NCBI GenBank assembly: GCA_963845195.1
Contig: CAWJRH010000004.1
Coordinates: 1,638,104-1,702,103, forward strand
Reading direction: 5' to 3'
DNA: 64,000 nucleotides
Origin: an uncultured delta proteobacterium
GTDB lineage: Bacteria > Myxococcota_A > Polyangia > Polyangiales > Houyiibacteriaceae
Part shown: piece by piece, positions 17,032 through 23,847 of the stretch
How the letters are laid out: each line of letters opens with the position of its first letter
Numbering within the stretch: the first letter of the stretch is position 1
Made by a program: the position numbers and the translations under genes
The notes under the pieces: generated by a model
The model's database searches: none
What the model saw: only the letters and a program-made list of their open reading frames with translations
Told to the model about the DNA's origin: nothing

Positions 17032-19089
17032 CTAGGGTGTTGGCGCCGAGGTAAGCACGAGGTTGTCGTAGAACACCCCGGACGGCTGGTTGTTCGTCGT
17101 CGTCGCCGAGAATCCAAACTGAAGAATTTGGCCTACGAGCGCTGGGACGATTGGGAGTGAGATGGAGTAGGTGTTCCAGTCTGTCGAAATGCTGGTCGTA
17201 TCGACCGTCACCAAGTTGGTTTGGTCGAAGGCGGGCGGGGCCAGCGTTTTGATGAACGCATACGCCTCGCTTGTGCCCGAGATGTCGCCACGTTTCGCCT
17301 GGAACTCGAACGTGAGCGTATTCCCCACATCGGTCCCTGCGATCGTGAATTCCTGGAACGTAAGCCCCTCGACGTTGTTGCCAGCGGTCTGATTGGCCTG
17401 GTTCTGGTAGTCGCTGATGATGACCAGCTGCTGAGCACCCTGCTCAGGACCACCTTCCCCCGCTGCGATGAGCGAGAAGGCAGCCTGCGGTGGGTTGTTT
17501 GGCGCAGGAAACGTTCCGTAGAAGGCGATGACCGTATCCGTCATGCCCTCGAACACGTTGCCGAACACCAGGAATCCGACATCACCCAACGCGGTCAGGC
17601 TCGCTTGGTTGAGCGATTCGAAGTTCTGCGAGTAGACGACCTCAGCATTCGGCTCACAGACCCCAGCGCTGCAGGTGCCCGTGCCGCCCTCGCACGAATC
17701 GGTGTTGTTCGAGGTTCCGCAGTTCCCTGCGTTGCACACCGCGTCCACACACTCGTTGCCTGTGTCAGGGCAGTCCGCGTTCACCGTGCATTCCGGGTCC
17801 GGTACGCAAAGGCCTCCGTCGCAGGTACCGTTCCCGCCGTCGCACACGTTCGTGTTGTTCGAGGTCCCGCAGGTCCCCGCGTTGCACACTGCGTCCACAC
17901 ACTCGTTGCCGGTGTCCGGACAGTCCGCGTTCACCGTGCATTCCGAGTCCGGTACGCAAACGCCTCCTTCGCAGGTGCCGTTCCCGCCGTCACACACGTT
18001 GGTGTTGTTCGAGGTTCCGCAGGTCCCCGCGTTGCACACCGCGTCCACACACTCGTTGCCCGTGTCCGGGCAGTCCGCCGCGGTGCTGCATTCCGCGTCG
18101 GAGACGCAGTTGCCCTGCCCATCGCAGGTTCCGTTGCCGCCGTCGCAGACGTTGGTGTTGTTGGAGGTCTCGCAGGTCCCCGCGTTGCACACCGCGTCCA
18201 CACACTCGTTGCCCGTGTCCGGGCAGTCCGCCGCGGTGCTGCATTCTGGCGGCGCTTCGATACACATCCCGTCAACGCAGGTCTCGCCCGCATCGCAGTC
18301 GTCATCGACCGTGCACTCGGGAGGGGCTCCCCCGACGCCTGCCATGCCGCCCGCGCCGCCGGTTCCGCCGGTTCCGCCGGTTCCGCCGGTTCCGCCGGTT
18401 CCGCCACCATCGACGCAGCGCACTGCGACTGTCCATCCGCTTACGCAGACGTCGAAGTCGTCATCAGACACCTTGATCGTCACTGACTGATCGCCCGCCG
18501 TTCCGCAGGTGTATGTGGTCGAGCTTGCGCCCGGGTCGGCAATCGTGCCGCCGGTCGCGCTCCACATGTACCGGCTCGCGTCGCCTTCCGCATCGACGGC
18601 GGTTGCCATGAGATCGATGTCGTTTCCGACCGAGGTCTGTAGTGGAGAGACGACCACTTTGGTCAGCTCGGCGCAGATGTTGAGCTTCCCGTTTACGCGA
18701 ACCGAACCGAACTGCGGAGGCCGAGTGCAGCGAAGCATCACGTGCACCTCGGTCGCAGCGCCGACCTCGACTCCGAACGGAGCCGATCCTCGGCAGACTG
18801 TGCCGTCCGCCGCCGCCGCAGCCATCTCGATTTCGTAGTCGTCGCAGGCCGGTAGCCCGAACACCTCGACCGAGGCTGTCGCCTCCGGAGCGCTGACATC
18901 GATGGTGCCGACCATGGACGGCATGTCGCAGCCGCTGATCTCCCAATCGACCTCCGCGATCTCGACTCCGTCGGCAAGGGTGAGGTTCAGCGCAAGCGAC
19001 CCTGTGTCCGGGTCGGCATCGGTCGAGCAAGCACCGACCCCCATGAGACTGGCTACACCGAAAACGAGAGCGAACGTGGAGCGGTTCAT
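17032..19089 (-). CDS. surface lipoprotein, paralog of 6941..9274: 4-Cys N-terminal module, (GGT)n linker, four Cys-rich repeats, C-terminal CBM-like domain
   Basis: The lipobox is MGVGAC|ST. There are four copies of EC(S/T)xxADCPDTGNECVDAVCNAGTCGTSNNTNVCDGGNGTC. The C-terminal AEVVYSQNFESL... is homologous to the C-terminus of 6941..9274. Confidence 0.8.
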   Translation of the reverse strand: MNRSTFALVFGVASLMGVGACSTDADPDTGSLALNLTLADGVEIAEVDWEISGCDMPSMVGTIDVSAPEATASVEVFGLPACDDYEIEMAAAAADGTVCRGSAPFGVEVGAATEVHVMLRCTRPPQFGSVRVNGKLNICAELTKVVVSPLQTSVGNDIDLMATAVDAEGDASRYMWSATGGTIADPGASSTTYTCGTAGDQSVTIKVSDDDFDVCVSGWTVAVRCVDGGGTGGTGGTGGTGGTGGAGGMAGVGGAPPECTVDDDCDAGETCVDGMCIEAPPECSTAADCPDTGNECVDAVCNAGTCETSNNTNVCDGGNGTCDGQGNCVSDAECSTAADCPDTGNECVDAVCNAGTCGTSNNTNVCDGGNGTCEGGVCVPDSECTVNADCPDTGNECVDAVCNAGTCGTSNNTNVCDGGNGTCDGGLCVPDPECTVNADCPDTGNECVDAVCNAGNCGTSNNTDSCEGGTGTCSAGVCEPNAEVVYSQNFESLNQASLTALGDVGFLVFGNVFEGMTDTVIAFYGTFPAPNNPPQAAFSLIAAGEGGPEQGAQQLVIISDYQNQANQTAGNNVEGLTFQEFTIAGTDVGNTLTFEFQAKRGDISGTSEAYAFIKTLAPPAFDQTNLVTVDTTSISTDWNTYSISLPIVPALVGQILQFGFSATTTNNQPSGVFYDNLVLTSAPTP
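17646..18250 (-). repeat. four tandem ~49-50-codon Cys-rich coding repeats plus a degenerate half repeat
   Basis: The repeats are visible in both the translation and the DNA. Segment 17865-17922 is the reverse complement of 8360-8417 with 57/58 identity by manual alignment. Confidence 0.85.
18361..18405 (-). repeat. perfect 9-bp tandem repeat (ggttccgcc) x5 encoding (GGT)5
   Basis: Read directly from ggttccgccggttccgccggttccgccggttccgccggttccgcc. It is in frame inside gene 17032..19089. Confidence 0.9.
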
Positions 19090-19204
19090 AAAGGCCTCCC
19101 AAAGACCGACGAGGATCGAAAAACGTGAGCGACGCTACCATTCTCGGACCCTCGTTTGCAACGGTCATCGAGGAGGCCTCGGGGCTCAATCTTTGTGAGT
19201 TTCC

Positions 19205-20662
19205 TCACAAAACGAAGGCCACGGGCCACCCGCGTCGGAAGAGTGCGTCTACTTTCCCTCGCAGGCCGCGATGTCGTCCTGAGTGACTCCCGAGATCCGC
19301 TGCGGCCGCTTTGAGCTCCTGGGCAGTCGCGTCCGCGCTCTGTGCCTCGTTTACCGCCTCGCCGACCTCCGCGACCCCCGCCCGCCCCGCGCTCTTCGAC
19401 GCGACGCTGAGAAGTCGTCCAAGACCCCTCTTCCGCTTCTTCGCGGCCTCGGCGGCAGCCATTCGCTCTTTCAGGCAGGCCTCTTGTGCTGGCGTCATCG
19501 AGCTCGACGCGCCGGCTGAGGGTGCTGCCCCGGCAGGGGTTGCCGAACGCTGGCTGTCCGAAACGGCGGCCGGCACCTTGGCCGCAGGGGGTCCGCCGTT
19601 GCACCGAATGCTGATGATACGGGACTCGATCTCCATCCCGCCGCCTGCGGCAAGGCTCTCGAGCATCTTTCGCTGCGGTCCCATCTGATTCATGACCATC
19701 TCACGCTGCTCGGGCGGCATCGAGGCCATCTGCTTGTCGAAATCTGCGAGCTTGGCTCGGGCCTCCTCAAGCTGGGCTTTGTCTTCAGCGTTCAGCATGC
19801 CGGACATCTTCATCACGGAGACGAAGGGTTCGTACATGCCGCCGCAGCCGGGGACCTCTCGATAGTCCCTGTCGTTCCGCTCGAGGACGATCGGGCGCGT
19901 CTCGGTACCCTGGCGCATCGTGCCTTCGATTCTCATTCGCACCGGTACGTACCGCTTCGCGTCGACCCACATCCGTACACGATCCACTTCAAACTCGCCC
20001 TCGTCGACGCGTTGCTTCGTCCCCTCACCCTTTGACTCGACAACGATCGTCTTCTTGCCATCAACGGTCTCCCGACCGACGACCTTCGACCGCGCCTTCA
20101 TCCTCTGAAGGTCTTTCGACAACTGTTTTGAATCCGCCTTGGCGTCGGCGGAGCGCTGACGCTCGCCCTCGGCCGCGCCGCCGAGCATCGTCGCGTACAT
20201 GCCGGTCATGTCGCTCGGGTTCGCCGAAAGCCAGGGCTCGTCCTCATTCGACGCGATCAGCATGTCGCCCACGCCTGGTGGCAGCCCTGCGGACTGCATC
20301 TCCTGGTGCATCCCCTGTTCCATCTGCGCCCCTGCCCCAGGCATCGCCGCTGCGGCGCGATCGAGGTCCCCGGCGGTCGCACCGGTGGTTGAGGATCCGC
20401 TCACCGGAACGCTCCGCATCACGTACGCGGTTTGTCCGTTGCTCAGCCGCACCTGCGCCTCCTTTTCGAAGTACGAGAGCGTCTCAACCCCCATCACCTC
20501 GACTTGCATCACGTAATTGTCGATGCCCTCGAGGGCTTCGTTGTCGGCGCGGATCATCTTGTCGATTACCTGCTCGGCCGACTGCCCGTGGGCCGACCCA
20601 GAGGCCGCAACAACGGCAAAAAGCGACGCTGCGACGGCTACAAGGTTCCGAGCTGTTCGCAT
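19205..20662 (-). CDS. secreted Met-rich hypothetical protein (possible 3'-end frameshift)
   Basis: It has the signal peptide MRTARNLVAVAASLFAVVAASGSAHG. Met-rich stretches include AQMEQGMHQEMQ and MASMPPEQREMVMNQMGPQRKM. The last ~27 codons are Arg-rich with low GC3. The +1 frame reads GVTQDDIAACEGK* with high GC3 and ends at 19249. Confidence 0.6.
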   Translation of the reverse strand: MRTARNLVAVAASLFAVVAASGSAHGQSAEQVIDKMIRADNEALEGIDNYVMQVEVMGVETLSYFEKEAQVRLSNGQTAYVMRSVPVSGSSTTGATAGDLDRAAAAMPGAGAQMEQGMHQEMQSAGLPPGVGDMLIASNEDEPWLSANPSDMTGMYATMLGGAAEGERQRSADAKADSKQLSKDLQRMKARSKVVGRETVDGKKTIVVESKGEGTKQRVDEGEFEVDRVRMWVDAKRYVPVRMRIEGTMRQGTETRPIVLERNDRDYREVPGCGGMYEPFVSVMKMSGMLNAEDKAQLEEARAKLADFDKQMASMPPEQREMVMNQMGPQRKMLESLAAGGGMEIESRIISIRCNGGPPAAKVPAAVSDSQRSATPAGAAPSAGASSSMTPAQEACLKERMAAAEAAKKRKRGLGRLLSVASKSAGRAGVAEVGEAVNEAQSADATAQELKAAAADLGSHSGRHRGLRGKVDALFRRGWPVAFVL

Positions 20663-20878
20663 GGTCAGGTCCTCCAGCTACGCTCGACGCTGCTCTGGTT
20701 GCGCCGCAGTGTCAATACCGGGGCTCGGGACACCAGAGTCGCCCCAAAGGCGAGGCAGCCCTCGAGCCATGTGTTTACTGGGCTTTTGGACAGAGCTGAT
20801 AGGGCGTGGCGATGTTGCGACTGGCGCATTCATGCTACACGCCGCTCGGGAAACAATTCCTTAGGGAAAGGGAAATCA

Positions 20879-21520
20879 ATGATGAAGAGTTCAAGTCTAC
20901 GAATCGGGGCCACACTTGCGCTGTGCTCCGGGCTGCTGCTGTCGACCGGATGTGTGAAGAAGTCCGAGTACAACGCGCTCATGGACCAGTACAACGAAGC
21001 AGTCGCCAAGCAGGAGAAGCTTACCGGAGTCGTCGTGGAGCAGGACGCAGAGCTCGCCTCGCTTGAAAGCGACTACAACCGACTGGCAACCCTGTTTGCG
21101 GCGGAAATCGCAGCGCAGGAGCTTCAGGTCGAGCAACTGGTAGACGGCATCGAGGTCGAGATTCCTTCTGACGTCATGTACGCGTCCGGGTCGGCGACCG
21201 CGACGGTCGGCAGCGACGGGCTCGAGTACGCCGAGAAGCTCGCCGGTTTCCTCGCCGACACCGACTACATCGTCAGCGTGATCGGTCACACGGACAATCA
21301 GAAAATCTCGAAGGCTCTCGCGCAGAAGTACCCGACGAACTGGGAGCTGGCCGGGGCCCGGGCCGCGAACGCCGCGCGCTTCTTGGTCTCGAAGGGCGTC
21401 GACCCGGAGAACGTGCTCGCCGTCTCACGCGGACAGTTCGATCCGGTTGCCTCGAACAAGACCGCCGAGGGCCGAGCGCAGAACCGCCGCATCGAGATCG
21501 TTCTTCGTAACCTTCCCTAG
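20879..21520 (+). CDS. OmpA/MotB-family peptidoglycan-binding lipoprotein with a coiled-coil N-terminal region
   Basis: The start is ATG 20879 (MMKSSSLRIGATLALCSGLLLSTGC). OmpA-like C-terminal motifs are VIGHTDN, NWELAGARAANAARFL and NRRIEIVL. Confidence 0.85.
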   Translation: MMKSSSLRIGATLALCSGLLLSTGCVKKSEYNALMDQYNEAVAKQEKLTGVVVEQDAELASLESDYNRLATLFAAEIAAQELQVEQLVDGIEVEIPSDVMYASGSATATVGSDGLEYAEKLAGFLADTDYIVSVIGHTDNQKISKALAQKYPTNWELAGARAANAARFLVSKGVDPENVLAVSRGQFDPVASNKTAEGRAQNRRIEIVLRNLP

Positions 21521-21534
21521 GCAGCGAGGGGTGG

Positions 21535-21559
21535 GGAGGCAGCCGTTGGCGCTGCCTCC
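21535..21559 (+). terminator. putative terminator hairpin after the OmpA-like gene
   Basis: GGAGGCAGC-cgttggc-GCTGCCTCC forms a perfect 9-bp stem 15 nt after the stop codon. Confidence 0.45.
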
Positions 21560-21718
21560 TCGTCCGGAATCTCCTATGATTCCGCGCCCCGATTCGCCCT
21601 CACACCGGCCCGAGACCAGGAATCGCACCCGCGCGAGTGAAGCCTCGTACTTGCGTCGATGTCACGGCTCTGACAGCGGGTTTTTGACACCGCCTGCCTG
21701 CCTTGTTTTGGTGTAACC

Positions 21719-22321
21719 ATGGCGCCGAGTTCCCCTTCCTCACGACCGTATTGGACAGTCAGGCTTCTGACATGTCTCGCGGTGGCTCTTTGTGGCGTCG
21801 TGGCCACAGAGGGAGCGGTTCGCGCGGACCGTGCAATCGGTGGACCTTGGATTCTCATCGATACCCAGGCGCGAAGCCTCTCTGTGTACGACGGGGACGC
21901 CCTGCTGGACCGATTCGAGAACATCGCCATTGGCCGCAACGGATTCGCCGAGGATCGAGTACGGGGCGACGGAACAACGCCGCTCGGAACCTTCCACATC
22001 AATCGTATTCGACGCAGTTCGCGGTTCTTGAAGTTTTTTCGAATCGACTACCCGCTCCCCGAGCACGCCGAACGGGCCCTCGAAACCGGTCGCATCAGCA
22101 CCGCCGACTACGAGCGCATCGTCCGGGCCTTCGAGGAGAACCGACCTCCGCCTCAGAATACCCCCCTTGGGGGCCAGCTCGGATTGCACGGCGTCGGTGG
22201 CGGGGACCCACGGATTCACGAGGCCTTCGACTGGACCAAGGGCTGCGTCGCTCTGACGAACGCCCAGGTCGAGAGGCTCTCCCAGTGGATGTATCTCGGG
22301 ATGCCGGTCCAGATTCGCTGA
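21719..22321 (+). CDS. YkuD-domain protein of the YafK (DpaA/LdtF)-like type
   Basis: It has a signal peptide. Motifs are GDGTTPLGTFHI, QLGLHG and DWTKGCVALTNAQVERL...GMPVQI, which match the YafK-type layout (HG...DWTxGC(I/V)A). This was recognised by eye only. Confidence 0.75.
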   Translation: MAPSSPSSRPYWTVRLLTCLAVALCGVVATEGAVRADRAIGGPWILIDTQARSLSVYDGDALLDRFENIAIGRNGFAEDRVRGDGTTPLGTFHINRIRRSSRFLKFFRIDYPLPEHAERALETGRISTADYERIVRAFEENRPPPQNTPLGGQLGLHGVGGGDPRIHEAFDWTKGCVALTNAQVERLSQWMYLGMPVQIR

Positions 22322-22354
22322 CCGCTCGATCTCGCATGCTCGCCTAAACGGCTG

Positions 22355-22382
22355 TTGTCTCGGTCTCGTCGCTGGATATACT
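22355..22382 (+). promoter_or_regulatory. sigma70-like promoter candidate for the lpp-like gene (TTGTCT-N16-TATACT)
   Basis: Read directly, about 50 nt upstream of the start codon. The RBS AGGAGAGG lies at 22416-22423. Confidence 0.3.
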
Positions 22383-22428
22383 CGCCCGGCTGCGGGCAGC
22401 TCTCGCGGCCCAAGCAGGAGAGGAACAA

Positions 22429-22740
22429 GTGATGACGAGGAAAGCACTGAACTGTCTCATGGCAGCAACCCTACTTACCGCTTCGGCGTCGTTGGTGGGA
22501 TGCGCTTCATCAGACATCGATCAGCTCCGCTCGGAGCTGGCAGACGTCCGGACGCTCGCCAACCAGGCGAACACGACCGCGGACCAGGCGCTTCAAGAAG
22601 CGCGCGCCGCAAACACGACCGCCGGCGAGGCCAAAGCGTCGGCCGATCGAGCCAGCGCTGCGGCGGCTCAGGCGCAATCGGCGTCGGCGGCTACCAATGA
22701 GAAGCTCGACGCGATGTTCGAAAAGAAGATGCGCAAGTAG
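22429..22740 (+). CDS. lpp: Braun lipoprotein (Lpp)-like alanine-zipper lipoprotein ending in C-terminal Lys
   Basis: The lipobox is SLVGC|ASS. The N-terminus of the mature protein, CASSDIDQLRSELADVRTL, compares with E. coli CSSNAKIDQLSSDVQTL. The C-terminus NEKLDAMFEKKMRK compares with NQRLDNMATKYRK. The start could be GTG 22429 or ATG 22432. Confidence 0.7.
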   Translation: MMTRKALNCLMAATLLTASASLVGCASSDIDQLRSELADVRTLANQANTTADQALQEARAANTTAGEAKASADRASAAAAQAQSASAATNEKLDAMFEKKMRK

Positions 22741-22777
22741 TACGCGCCCTCTTCGGTCGATACGGGGCCGACACCCG

Positions 22778-23746
22778 TCAGGGCGCTGCAACCGCTTTTA
22801 CTGCCGTTGCTTGTGCGATGGGTGTCGGTATTCCCGTCCTCCGTTCGACGGCGCGCTTCAGCGCGTTCGCATTGAGTTCGAACGGTCGGCGCCGCGACTC
22901 AGCTTCAATCACCAGACGTGCGCGCTCCTGCAACGCCGCCAAGCTTTCGGTCTGGCCGGCGACAGCATGTACCTCGATGTACAGCAGGTCGTTTAGCCAA
23001 CCGATCTTGATCGGCTGATCGACAATCGCAACGCGCGTTCCGACGGACACCAATCCGTATAGCTGCTCGATATCGTCTGGATACATTCGAACGCAGCCGT
23101 GAGTCACACTCATGCCGATCCCCGAAGGCCGGTTGGTCCCGTGAATGAGGTATCCCGGCAACCCAAGCCGGATGGCGAACTTGCCGAGCGGGTTGTCCGG
23201 GCCCGGAGGAACGACCTGCGGCAGCTCGTCCCCGTCGTTGGCATGTTCCTCGATGATCGACTCCGGCGGCCGCCAGCTCGGGTCTTCGGTCTTGCGGACC
23301 ACCGCGGTTTCCCCAAGCGGCGTGGCCCAGTCCATGCGGCCGATGCTCACGGCGTACGTATGCACGATGTTTGGCAGACCGGGTACGGGCGGAGGGTAGT
23401 AGTAAAGCCTCATCTCCGGAACGTTGAGCACGAGGCCCCTGCGTTCGCTGCGCGGAAGGATGTACGCAGTAGGTAGCGTAATCCTCGCACCGTCATCGAC
23501 GAGCCATCGATCGACCGAAGGGTTTGCGAAGACGAGTTCGTCCTGGCCGACCTTGTGCTGTACAGCAATGTCGACGAGCGTTTCGTCCGGCGCCGCAGAG
23601 ACGACGAAAAGTGCACCGACGACTTCGGCCGGCGCGGCGGGGACGGTCAGGCGCTGGGCGAGCGCCGGCGCCACGGAGGCCAAAATCAAGAGGGTGGCGA
23701 CGCACAGCCCTGCACTTCGTATCGTCGTCCCCGTAGCTCGTCGCAT
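22778..23746 (-). CDS. LysM + YkuD L,D-transpeptidase (ErfK/YbiS/YcfS/YnhG family)
   Basis: A signal peptide is followed by a LysM-like segment (DETLVDIAVQHKVGQDELVFANP). The catalytic motif is YLIHGTNRPSGIGMSVTHGCVRM. Confidence 0.85.
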   Translation of the reverse strand: MRRATGTTIRSAGLCVATLLILASVAPALAQRLTVPAAPAEVVGALFVVSAAPDETLVDIAVQHKVGQDELVFANPSVDRWLVDDGARITLPTAYILPRSERRGLVLNVPEMRLYYYPPPVPGLPNIVHTYAVSIGRMDWATPLGETAVVRKTEDPSWRPPESIIEEHANDGDELPQVVPPGPDNPLGKFAIRLGLPGYLIHGTNRPSGIGMSVTHGCVRMYPDDIEQLYGLVSVGTRVAIVDQPIKIGWLNDLLYIEVHAVAGQTESLAALQERARLVIEAESRRRPFELNANALKRAVERRTGIPTPIAQATAVKAVAAP

Positions 23747-23775
23747 CGCGAACGCACCATGGCGCGATTCCCGAA

Positions 23776-23817
23776 CGACGACCAGTATTCGATCGCATCA
23801 GTAGACTCTGGTCGTCG
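23776..23817. promoter_or_regulatory. 10-nt perfect inverted repeat CGACGACCAG-(22 nt)-CTGGTCGTCG in the ldt/comEC divergent region
   Basis: Read directly. Its function is unknown; it could be an operator or a 5'-UTR hairpin. Confidence 0.25.
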
Positions 23818-23847
23818 AAAAGAACGTGGCGCTCACGTCGAACGTCG

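Noticed and set aside
17646-18405. Regularly spaced direct repeats that could be mistaken for a CRISPR array
   Set aside because: The units are ~150 bp coding repeats, plus a 9-bp microsatellite, inside an intact ORF. The material between the conserved cores is itself repeated, and there are no cas genes.
17221-18490. Long plus-strand ORFs (421 aa and 271 aa) with striking internal repeats (PALHTASTHSLPVSGQSA...)
   Set aside because: They are the antisense reading of the Cys-repeat gene 17032..19089. Their repeats simply mirror the coding repeats, the composition is Arg/His/Pro/Ser-rich, and no start or RBS context is present. This is typical of a high-GC shadow ORF.
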